Of a stretch of DNA of 64,000 nt, positions 39,220 to 48,228 are shown in pieces. The notes beneath the pieces are model-generated. The model ran no database searches and had not been told where the DNA came from. It saw nothing but the letters and a program-made list of their open reading frames with translations. The stretch is taken from NCBI GenBank assembly GCA_965209155.1, contig OZ242383.1:4000001-4064000 (forward strand), written 5' to 3'. The translations under genes were made by a program, and so were the position numbers. The DNA is from a bacterium (GTDB lineage: Bacteria > SAR324 > NAC60-12). Each line of letters begins with the position of its first letter. The first letter of the stretch is position 1.

Positions 39220-39622
39220 AGGGATTTATCAGGTCCGTTTATCATTTTTGACGATCATCCTGTTGGTTCCCAATGAAATGGAAGATAAAGAAACCAACGA
39301 TGTATTTGAACTGTTTGCCAGTCAAAAGAACTACTATCTTCGTTCAATCCAGCGAATGATCGGCAATCCCTTTTGGCAATCTTTCAGAGGGATCGTTCAT
39401 ATTTTTACACAACGCTTAGGAAAGGAATTGAGTATGGCGGGTTTAACTCTAGAACAATTAGAAGGAAGGACGGTGCTGGCCTTTATGGAACAGGCCACTG
39501 CTGAAGAATTCGCGAAAGTCGTAGAAAAAATACAGAATAAAATTGACGTTTTGGAAAAGGTGGTGAATCAAATGAGTCGCGAAGAAAGAGCACTTTTATT
39601 GCGAAAACTGCAATCGGACTAA
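39220..39622 (+). pseudogene. C-terminal fragment of an Rpn-like protein; internal ATG 39434 could give a 62-aa product
   Basis: KGIYQVRLSFLTIILLVPNEM...NDVFELFAS parallels EGVYEI...IRMIVLSEI...NTIWHLFS at about 42810. Confidence 0.5.
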
Positions 39623-40036
39623 TATGATTTTGACAGACGGATCCCATCTCATGGCGCTTACCCCCATTGAAGATCATATAAAGCAAGGTTGGACGTGGTT
39701 TCAGGACAGGGAAAGCAGAAGACAGGGAACCACCACAGAAGTCCCCCATCACAGAGGTCATTATGTTAAAAAAAATGGCGGGTGTTATGAAGGCACCGCC
39801 CGCTAGCCTTGAGGAAAAGTGAGTTTGAATGACCCCCATATTGGATCACACGATTGCATGAAAGGAAAAACAGTGGTAAATTAAGCTGTTATTTCAAATT
39901 TCCCATAAAGAGATTAACCATCGGACTCACTGAATAAGGATGGGTCTCAGTTGGGATGTGTATGGACCACCCACTGAAAAATTCCTCTTCTCTTCCCAAT
40001 AATTAAGGCTCAATGAACCTTAGAAAAAAAGGCAGC

Positions 40037-40282
40037 ATGAACACAGCAGCAACCCAGAAAGTAGAACTCCATCAAGCAATCAATCGCATCCCCGAGAATA
40101 AGCTGGAAGCCGCAAAAATATACTTGCATTCGCTGGCCCAAGAAGGGGCAAGCAACGAAGCTAAAAAAGGGAGCTTAGAAGGGATATGGGAAGGGACAGG
40201 ACTTGAAAACCTCGACTTTGAAACTGAATTGAAAAAACTGAGAACAGAAATGAGTGAGGCGATCTTATCCAGGAAATTTTAA
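40037..40282 (+). CDS. Putative antitoxin
   Basis: Small ORF (IPENKL..AK.YL..L, SLEGIW) whose stop overlaps the start of a PIN gene (TAATG). Confidence 0.75.
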   Translation: MNTAATQKVELHQAINRIPENKLEAAKIYLHSLAQEGASNEAKKGSLEGIWEGTGLENLDFETELKKLRTEMSEAILSRKF

Positions 40283-40665
40283 TGAAATACCTTGTAGATA
40301 CCGTTGCCCTAAATCGTCATTTCACGAGAAATAATAGTATCGGGAAACAAGCCCGTGAGATCCTTTCCAATCCTGACGAAAACGTGTTTTATATCTCCAT
40401 TGTGAGCCTCATGGAGATTTTGTATTTATCAGAAAAAAACAGGATAGATATTTCATTGAAAGAAACACTAAGACGAATCAATGCCAAAGAAAGCTATCAG
40501 ATTGTCGAACTTGATGCAGAAATTCTCCAAGTAGCTGAAACTGTCCCATTTCCTGAGCTTCATGACCGATTAATACTTGCGACGGCAAAATGGCTTGAGG
40601 TTCCCATCATATCAAGTGATAAGGATTTCCAAAATGATGAAGGCATCACGACCATTTGGAAATAA
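40282..40665 (+). CDS. vapC: PIN-domain (VapC) toxin
   Basis: YLVDT, ISIVSLMEI, HDRLILATA, IISSD. Confidence 0.9.
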   Translation: MKYLVDTVALNRHFTRNNSIGKQAREILSNPDENVFYISIVSLMEILYLSEKNRIDISLKETLRRINAKESYQIVELDAEILQVAETVPFPELHDRLILATAKWLEVPIISSDKDFQNDEGITTIWK

Positions 40666-40860
40666 TCCATCTTATCTTGTTTTGCTCTCCAATGTTCTCA
40701 TTTCAAGTACCCTTCCCACGAACAAGAAAGGCAACGATTTTCCCAGGAGAGCCTTTCGTAGCACGGAAGTCAGAAGACGGGGGACCACCGCAGTATTCCC
40801 TTATCCTGGAGGTAAAGCAGTGGAAACTCTGGAATTGTGAGAACAACCCCTTTTGCGTGC

Positions 40861-41139
40861 TTACCATTTGAAAGGGTGGATCAGCCGGGCCTGGAAGCCT
40901 CGTTTGCGTTTCCTCTTCGCGGTGCCGCAACTGCCCTCACCACCCCGCAGCCGGGGATCGAGCAGGCCCCTCATCGCGTCGCCAAACATGTTGAGGGAGT
41001 AGACGACATTTGTCAGGCAAAGCCCCGGCCAGAGCGACAGCCAGGGGGTCATCTCCATGTACTTACGTCCTTCCCGGCTGAGCAGACCACCCCAGCTGGG
41101 AACATTGGGGGGCAGACCGAAGCCGAGAAAGCTCAGCAA
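40861..41139 (-). pseudogene. 3' fragment of a second DppC permease
   Basis: LSFLGFGLPPNVPSWGG...LLDPRLRG...RLIHPFKW*, closely matching the end of 34127-35119. Confidence 0.9.
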
Positions 41140-41171
41140 AGCACTCCGCCGCCGTACGTCGTTCGGCTGCC

Positions 41172-41209
41172 AAGAAAAACCCTCCCGTCCGCGATGCGGA
41201 TGGGAGGGT
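41172..41209 (-). terminator. Rho-independent terminator after the SBP2 fragment
   Basis: ACCCTCCC(G/A)TCCGC stem with a short loop, followed by a T-run on the minus strand. Confidence 0.7.
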
Positions 41210-41237
41210 CCGAAAACGGTTAGCTGTTTCTTGGCTA

Positions 41238-42033
41238 CTAAAACCCCATTTCTTTCTTCAGTTCCTGGTCGATCCAGAGGCGGGCAATAATGATAACAGC
41301 ACCGTTATTATCATGCAAGTCGGTTTCACCGTTATAACCTTTGACCCACGGCCAAGACGCAGAGAACTGCGGTACTTTCGTACCCCACAGCACCAAGTGG
41401 TTCTCTACAATATACATATTTGCCGCTTTAACCGCCCGCTGCTGCTCCTCGAGAGTTTTCGCCGCTACCGCGGCTTCATACAAGGCCTCATACTCCGGGA
41501 ACCCGCCTCCGTGCAGGTTCATCCCTTGTACCGAATGGTTCCGTAAGGGTTGGAGCACCTCTAAATAATCCATGCCCGAAGCCGTCCAGGCCAGACCTTC
41601 AAAATCATGTCCTGAAAAGATACGAGCGCCAGCAGTAGGGGCGTCCACTGCATCAATCTTGACCTCAATGCCGATCTTCGCCCAGTAGCCGACCACTAAT
41701 TCGGTATATTCCACAGCCTGATGGACAACGCTGTGGACGACGTCGGTCTTGAACCTCACCCCGTCCGCGCCTCTCGGATATCCAGCCTCATCCAGGAGCT
41801 CCTCGGCCCTTTCCGGGTCATAGGTATATTCTTGCTGAAGCGCTTCAGACCACTCTTCAAATGGGGTGTTGTACCCAACGACAGCATCCCCAATGAGGCC
41901 CTGAGGTTTCCACATTCCGTAGCCACTATAGAAGGTGTTGTTAATAGTCTCGTGGTCCAGTGCCATCTGCATGGCCTTGCGCACCCGGATGTCGCTGAGT
42001 GGTGGCTTGGTCCCTTCCACAGCATAAGCCGTA
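41238..42033 (-). pseudogene. 5'-truncated variant copy (SBP2) of the C-terminal ~264 codons of the BlaR1-SBP fusion
   Basis: Highly similar to 43330-44122; reading frame intact; no signal peptide. Confidence 0.88.
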
Positions 42034-42290
42034 GCGATTCTTTTTTCCTCTTTTTTCTGACGAATTTCAGGATAGGCGCTGCATTGCTTTAATGTTTCTC
42101 ACCTCATTTAGAACGTGAGTGATTTGGCAAGTGAGGCTCGTTGATCTTTTGCCAACCCCTCTCGTATTGATTCTTCCTCTTTCAAACGCCAGCTTGCTTC
42201 TCGCCTATCCTCTTTTGCCGGACCGTTGCAGGAAAGGAAGAACAGTGGTAAACTGCAAGCAGTTATTCCAGTTTGAGGAAAAAGGAGGTT

Positions 42291-42782
42291 ATGAGAAGAT
42301 TTTGGTTCATTGCGTTGATTGGAGGAGTAAGCTGGTTGCTGAGCCATGGGGCGGTATACGGGCAAGAATCGATCGGATTTACCCAGAAAGATCGAGAGCG
42401 CATCATTCGGCTGGAAACCACCTTAACGCTTTTTATGGAAGCCACCGATCAACGCTTTGAACAGGTAGATAAGCGCTTTGAACAGATGATGAATATCTTG
42501 CAAGTGATTGCCGGCATTTTTACCGTCCTGACTCTGGGTGTCATCGGATTTGCTTTTTGGGATCGACGCACTATTATTCACAAAGCAAAACAAGAGACCC
42601 TGGAAACGCTGGAGCGGGACGCCGTTCCTAAAGAAGAAGCAATTATCGACCGGGCTGTAGCACAAGCGGTGCAAGAGATCAAAAAAGACAATCGTCTGCA
42701 AGACTTGATTGCTGCTTTACGCAAATTGGCTGCCACTGACCCACCTCTGGCAAACGTGCTCAAAGAATTTCATTTATTGTAG
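42291..42782 (+). CDS. Membrane-anchored coiled-coil protein, copy 3 (163 aa, shortest stalk)
   Basis: Same gene with only QRFEQVDKRFEQ left in the repeat region. Confidence 0.9.
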   Translation: MRRFWFIALIGGVSWLLSHGAVYGQESIGFTQKDRERIIRLETTLTLFMEATDQRFEQVDKRFEQMMNILQVIAGIFTVLTLGVIGFAFWDRRTIIHKAKQETLETLERDAVPKEEAIIDRAVAQAVQEIKKDNRLQDLIAALRKLAATDPPLANVLKEFHLL

Positions 42783-42784
42783 TT

Positions 42785-43221
42785 TCCCATTTCGCTTTTC
42801 TCCAGAACAAGAGGGAGTCTATGAGATTCAGCGGGGGAGTGATCTCATTCGGATGATTGTACTGAGTGAGATCGCTCATGCGGAGCATAATACGATTTGG
42901 CATTTATTCAGTGGGATTCCCGGAGAAGTTGAGTTTGCCGCGCGTCAATACCGAGGGCATACCCGGGAAATCAGTACGATATTAAATCAACTCTTTGAGC
43001 ACTATCACTTGGAAGGATTAGAAATGACCTACACGATGGAAGATTTTCAAAAAGATTATGTGCGTGATCATTTAGGCGTACTTTCAACCGATGATCGCCT
43101 GAAAGGGCTTTCGACCGATGAGATCCTCAAACGGTTTTCTCTGGAAGAGATTCAGAAGTACCTGGAAAAGAAGCAAAAGCAAAGTCGAGCCAATGTTCCA
43201 CAAAAAAATGAAAAGGATTAG
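42785..43221 (+). pseudogene. C-terminal half of an Rpn-like protein; internal ATG 43024 could give a 65-aa product
   Basis: EGVYEIQRG...HNTIWHLFSG...LEGLEMTYTMEDF...DDRLKGLSTDEILKRFSLEEI. Confidence 0.6.
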
Positions 43222-43329
43222 CGAATTCTGTTTTCATCTTTCTCAAGGGAACAGTACCATCGTGGGATGGCGGGCTTCTGCCGCCATCCCGCAGTTCAGC
43301 GTCTTGACGATTCGTTTAACCGGAAAATA

Positions 43330-46170
43330 CTAAAACCCCATTTCTTTCTTCAGCTCCTGGTCAATCCAGAGGCGGGCGAAAACGATCATGCGGTTAGCAC
43401 CATCCAGAGTGGTTTCACCGTTATAACCTTTGACCCACGGCCAAGACGCATTGAACTCCGGTACTTTCGTACCCCACAGCAGCAAGTGGTTCTCGACAAT
43501 GTACATATTTGCCTCTTTAACCGCCCGCTGCTGCTCCTCAATAGTCTGCGCCGCTACGACGGCTTCATACAAGGCCTCATACGCCGGGTTCATGCCTCCG
43601 GGCAAGTTCATCCCTTGTACCGAAAAGGGCCGTATTGACCCGAGCACATTAGGATAATCTAAGCCCGAAACCGTCCAGGCCAGACCTTCAAAATCATGTC
43701 CTGAGGAAACACGAGCGGCATAAGTAGGGGCGTCCACGACATCAATCGCTACCTCAACGCCAATCTTCGCCCAGTAGCCGACCACTAATTCGGTATAGTC
43801 CACGTCCTGGTGGACAACGCTGTGGACGACATCGGTCTTGAACCTCACCCCGTCCGCACCACGTGGATATCCAGCCTCATCCAGGAGCTCCTCGGCCCTT
43901 TTCGGGTTATAGGTATATTCTTGCTGAAGCGCTTCGGGCCACTCTTCAAAGGGGGTGTTGTACCCAACGACGCCATCCCCAATGCGGCCCTGAGGTTTCC
44001 ACAATCCGTAGCCGTTATAGAAGGTGTTGTTAATGGTCTCGTGGTCCAGCGCCATCTGCATGGCCTTGCGAACCCGGATGTCGCTAAATGGTGACTTGGT
44101 CGTTTCCACAGCATAAGCCGTATTAGACCGGTAGGCAAACGGCCAAAGCTCGATTTCGGGGTTGGTCCGCTGGAGGCTCTCTACCTGGTCGGTAGACTGG
44201 ATAACAGTACCGCCGGGGTAACCTATGATATCAACCCTACCCGAGCGGAGTGCCGCAATATAGGTTGCCTCTTCTTTCATAATCAGCGTACTTATCTCGT
44301 CAATATAGGGCAAGCGGTTCTGGGGGTATTTTTCGTCGGTGCCCCAGTAGTCAGGATTCTTGGTCCAGGTCGTCGAGCTGCCCTCGAGATAGTCCGTCAG
44401 CTCATAGGGACCGGTGCCGACTACGTTCCGCCAATCCTTCATGTCACCGTATTGCTCGATGACCTCGGGGGGCAGTACATATTGAGTAAAGTGGTCTAGG
44501 AACTGCAACAGCAGACCGAGTCTTGGTTCTTTCAGTTTGATCACAACCGTCCATTTGTCGGTGGCCGTTATCGATTCGACCGGTTCGCCAGCCCACGGCC
44601 AATAGAGTATCGGTGGCTTGTTTTCCGCTGTGAAACCGCTGCCCAGACCGAATGCTCGGTGCAAGTTGTATTCGACATCCTTGGCAGTCAGCTCCCGACC
44701 GTTCATCGGTACCTTGTTATGCCAGTGAACGCCCTGGCGGATGTTGAGGATGATAGTTAGTGGGTCGGGTTGCGACCAGCTTTCCGCCAACTGCCCTTTC
44801 ATGGCAAACAGAGGACGAAACACGGGTGATCTAATGTCAAGTTCGTTCCGATCAATTCCCCAGTTCACGATGGCGAGCGTCTCTACCACACCACCGATGC
44901 CAAACATCGCCCAAGGATGGAACAAGGAGTCAAAATTCGGAGGCGGGATCTTCGAAGCAAAGGTGATTGTCCCGCCATACGCTGGCGCGGTCACCATCTT
45001 GCCAGTGCTGGGATCTTTGACCATGTCCGAAGCGGCAAAGGTCAAGGCCGTGAAACCGAGTACAATCATGCTGATAAGGGCCAGCATGGAACGCCCTTTT
45101 GAGATTCGATGATGATTTATCATAGCAATCCTTTCTTTCATTTGAGAAAAAGTAAACCAAAAGCACCCCGCCTGGAAATGTTCGAGCAACATTTCCGGCT
45201 GGGATACCGTTTTGAGTATGGTCAATCCATACGATTTCCGTTCCTCTGGGGCAACGGAAGTTAAAACCAATTGATCGCATGCCAGTTCCTGATCCAGGCG
45301 GAAGAGGGGATAGGCCAGGTAGATCAACGGGTTGAACCAGTAAATACACTTGAGCGCTAAGGCCCAGGCGGTGAAGAGAAAATCTTTGCGTTGCAGGTGG
45401 GCCAGTTCATGAGCGAGAATAAGTTCCATTTCGCGTTTGGAATAGAATTTGGCAAAATGGAGGGGCAGCACCAATTTGGGATGCAGCCATCCGATCACTG
45501 CAGGCCCTTGAATCCGGGCAGAGACGAACACGTCTCCCTGGAATTTCAAGCCCATTTTGAGACAAAGTTGCGCGAGCAAAATTTTCATTTCCGGGGAAGG
45601 TTCCCGTTTCTCTTCCAGCAGTTGTTCATACAAACGAACATGCCGGAATATCATGACAAGCCCCATCATCACGAATCCCCCGAGCCAAACGAAAAAGATT
45701 ATCGTCACGCCGTCTATTTGTACTTGCGAAAAAACGGGCCAACCGCCAACCGGGGCAGATGATGGGAAATCTTTTGGGGAGATACTTTGCTCACTGAAGC
45801 GCTCTGCAGGGAGAGTTGATCCCCCTTCCTGCGTCGCAGTTTTCATGGCTTCTATGCGAACCGTATTCTCTGCATGGATCTGTTTGAATAATGCTTCGGA
45901 AGCCGTGAGAGGCTTTTTGTTTTGCAGCAGGGCATACACCCCTTGCTGCATGTTGAAGTTATAAAGGATGGTTTGCCAGGAAGGAAGGAGACTGAGTTGG
46001 GTTTGGGGAGTCACCAGGATCATCATTTTCAGCGCCGGCAGCAGCCAAAGCGCGTAACTCCATTTTGCTCCGAAATAACGAACTACCGGTTTGCGAATCA
46101 CGAACACGAAAACGATTAAGAGACTGGACCACAGGGCGGCCTCAGCTAAACCATACAATAGAGTTGCCAT
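43330..46170 (-). CDS. BlaR1/MecR1-type M56 membrane metalloprotease fused to a complete family-5 solute-binding domain (SBP3)
   Basis: YALWLL, GPAVIGWLHPKLVLP, LILAHELAHLQRKD, YWFNPL, DQELACD, YG.TIL, MKERI, then YGGT...LAESW...VGTGPY...PFSDIRVRKAM; one open frame of 946 aa. Confidence 0.93.
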   Translation of the reverse strand: MATLLYGLAEAALWSSLLIVFVFVIRKPVVRYFGAKWSYALWLLPALKMMILVTPQTQLSLLPSWQTILYNFNMQQGVYALLQNKKPLTASEALFKQIHAENTVRIEAMKTATQEGGSTLPAERFSEQSISPKDFPSSAPVGGWPVFSQVQIDGVTIIFFVWLGGFVMMGLVMIFRHVRLYEQLLEEKREPSPEMKILLAQLCLKMGLKFQGDVFVSARIQGPAVIGWLHPKLVLPLHFAKFYSKREMELILAHELAHLQRKDFLFTAWALALKCIYWFNPLIYLAYPLFRLDQELACDQLVLTSVAPEERKSYGLTILKTVSQPEMLLEHFQAGCFWFTFSQMKERIAMINHHRISKGRSMLALISMIVLGFTALTFAASDMVKDPSTGKMVTAPAYGGTITFASKIPPPNFDSLFHPWAMFGIGGVVETLAIVNWGIDRNELDIRSPVFRPLFAMKGQLAESWSQPDPLTIILNIRQGVHWHNKVPMNGRELTAKDVEYNLHRAFGLGSGFTAENKPPILYWPWAGEPVESITATDKWTVVIKLKEPRLGLLLQFLDHFTQYVLPPEVIEQYGDMKDWRNVVGTGPYELTDYLEGSSTTWTKNPDYWGTDEKYPQNRLPYIDEISTLIMKEEATYIAALRSGRVDIIGYPGGTVIQSTDQVESLQRTNPEIELWPFAYRSNTAYAVETTKSPFSDIRVRKAMQMALDHETINNTFYNGYGLWKPQGRIGDGVVGYNTPFEEWPEALQQEYTYNPKRAEELLDEAGYPRGADGVRFKTDVVHSVVHQDVDYTELVVGYWAKIGVEVAIDVVDAPTYAARVSSGHDFEGLAWTVSGLDYPNVLGSIRPFSVQGMNLPGGMNPAYEALYEAVVAAQTIEEQQRAVKEANMYIVENHLLLWGTKVPEFNASWPWVKGYNGETTLDGANRMIVFARLWIDQELKKEMGF

Positions 46171-46190
46171 TTCAACACCTCCTCAATGGA

Positions 46191-46559
46191 TCATTCCATT
46201 TTGTCCAATAGTTTTTTCAACTCCTCGATCTCTCTTTTGGTCAATATTTCTTGTGCTGCAAAACTGAATAACAATTGATGAGAGACTTTGCCGCCAAACC
46301 AGTTCTCCAAAAATTTTCTACTTTCCAATTGCAAATACGCTTTTCGGCTGAGCAGGGGATAATACAGATATTTTCTCTGCTCCTTTTTGAACGCTAAAAT
46401 CTCCTTCTTCAACAAGCGGTTCAACAGGGTCTTCACCGTCTTGGCCTGCCAGTCCTTTTGCGGTGAAATACTCTCAATCACCTCTTGGGCAGACAGCGGC
46501 GATTTTTCCCATATCACCTCCATCACGACCCGCTCCGCATTGCTGATCTTTTTGGTCAT
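46191..46559 (-). CDS. BlaI/MecI/CopY-family transcriptional repressor
   Basis: ISNAE..VMEVIW, W..KTVKTLLNRLLKK, RKYLYYPL, EIEELK; GAAAGGA RBS. Confidence 0.95.
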   Translation of the reverse strand: MTKKISNAERVVMEVIWEKSPLSAQEVIESISPQKDWQAKTVKTLLNRLLKKEILAFKKEQRKYLYYPLLSRKAYLQLESRKFLENWFGGKVSHQLLFSFAAQEILTKREIEELKKLLDKME

Positions 46560-46752
46560 CCATTTCCTTTCATTCGTCTGGTTCGCATACGCAATCAAAT
46601 AGATAGTCATTTCTGAAGAATTACATAGTTACTACGCACTCTTTACATCCGTTTAAATTTATAGGCATGAAATTGTAACTTATAATTCATTGAAATATTT
46701 GATTTATATGAGAAATTTGCAACGAATTCAAGTACGTCTGATTTGTTTTTAT

Positions 46753-46767
46753 ATTACAGTCTGTAGT
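46753..46767. promoter_or_regulatory. Candidate BlaI operator palindrome
   Basis: ATTACAGTCTGTAGT (TACA-N3-TGTA) overlapping a possible minus-strand TTGTCC-N18-TAATAT promoter. Confidence 0.55.
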
Positions 46768-46911
46768 CTTCATCGGACAACATTACAGGAAGAAATTTTA
46801 AAAAGCAAACTTTTTTTTGCTCAATTGATTTTTTTTCGGACTGGGCAGGAAGAAAGAGTTTGAATTGTCCGAACCATCTCATTACGGGTTTATTTCAACC
46901 GGATTGTAAGC

Positions 46912-48228
46912 TCACAAATGTCTGGTCGACTCGGGGATGAGTCCACGAGGATGGAAACGGAGGACGAGGAGCAAGATGGTTCCCATGCAGATCATGCGCA
47001 TGTGTGCGGCGCTTTCGAGAAGGTGTTTTTTGAGGTTATTGTCGTCGGCCAGGCTGGAGGTTAGAAGGTCCATAAGGAAAAGACCCGCGGGTTCTGCTTC
47101 GACCCAGACAAACCAGACGAGAAAGCCCCCGAGGACCGAACCCCAGTTGTTGCCCGATCCTCCGACAATGACCATCACCCAAATCAAAAAGGTGAATCGC
47201 AGGGGGTTGTAGGTGGTTGGCGTGAACTGGCCATCGAGGGTGGTGAGCATAGCACCTGCAATGCCGACGACGGCGGAGCCCAGAATGAAAATCTGCAAAT
47301 GCTGACCCGTGACATCTTTTCCCATTGCTTCCGCAGCTTCATGATTGTCCCGAATGGCACGCATCATTCGGCCCCAGGGGGATCGCAATGCCCGTTCGGC
47401 GAGCCAGAATATAATCAGTAATACAACAGCAAACAAGCCGGCATAACAGAGCTTGACAAATATCGATGAGGCTTCGACGACCCCCACTCCCAACCGGTTG
47501 GTCCAAGAAATGAACCAATCGTATTGCTGCAGGTCAATTTCATAGGGCACAGGCCGTGGCAATCCGGTCACGTTTTTAACCCCTCGGGTTAGCCAATCCT
47601 CGTTCTTGAGGACGGCGATAATGATTTCCGCAATACCAAGCGTGGCAATTGCCAGATAATCCGCCCTGAGACCGAGGGCGATTTTGCCAACAATCCAAGC
47701 GGCGCCTGCAGCGAGTATTCCTCCAACCAACCATGAAACGAGAATGGGTGCTCCGATTCCTCCAAGATAGCCTTCTTTGGCTGCATTCACTGATTCAATG
47801 GCTTCCACTGCAGGGTCAAAAAAGAGACGTATGATAAAAAAACCGAATATGACAACAACAAATGAGACGAGATTGCGCCTGCCGTGTTTTGTAATTTTGC
47901 TTCGTAAATGAAGGATCAGGCCAATGGTGATCAGCAACACCACCAATGCCGACAGGAGATTCAATCCTCCTGCCGACCAGGCGTCCAAAACGGGTTCTTT
48001 CGACACCAAAATTCCAGCCATTCCCCCCAAGGCGGCAAAACCCATGATGCCCACGTTGAACAATCCGGCGTAACCCCACTGCATGTTGACTCCGAGCGCC
48101 ATGATGGCCGAGACGAGACATAGATTGAGAATCGACAGGCTGACAGACCAGCTTTGCGTCCATCCGACCACGAGGAACAACGCTGCCATGATCACGAAAT
48201 ACAGGATGTGACGAATGTTTCCGGTCAA
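46912..48228 (-). CDS. livM: Branched-chain amino acid ABC permease
   Basis: GYAGLFNVG, LRADYLAIATLG, SPWGRMMRAIRDN..AA.AMG, VIVGGSG. Confidence 0.9.
   Translation of the reverse strand: MTGNIRHILYFVIMAALFLVVGWTQSWSVSLSILNLCLVSAIMALGVNMQWGYAGLFNVGIMGFAALGGMAGILVSKEPVLDAWSAGGLNLLSALVVLLITIGLILHLRSKITKHGRRNLVSFVVVIFGFFIIRLFFDPAVEAIESVNAAKEGYLGGIGAPILVSWLVGGILAAGAAWIVGKIALGLRADYLAIATLGIAEIIIAVLKNEDWLTRGVKNVTGLPRPVPYEIDLQQYDWFISWTNRLGVGVVEASSIFVKLCYAGLFAVVLLIIFWLAERALRSPWGRMMRAIRDNHEAAEAMGKDVTGQHLQIFILGSAVVGIAGAMLTTLDGQFTPTTYNPLRFTFLIWVMVIVGGSGNNWGSVLGGFLVWFVWVEAEPAGLFLMDLLTSSLADDNNLKKHLLESAAHMRMICMGTILLLVLRFHPRGLIPESTRHL

Noticed and set aside
41238..44122. DGR template/variable repeat pair (SBP2 vs SBP3), given the Avd-like genes in the window
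   Set aside because: Differences are not adenine-specific (for example GAC vs ACT) and include an indel, and there is no intact reverse transcriptase in the window.
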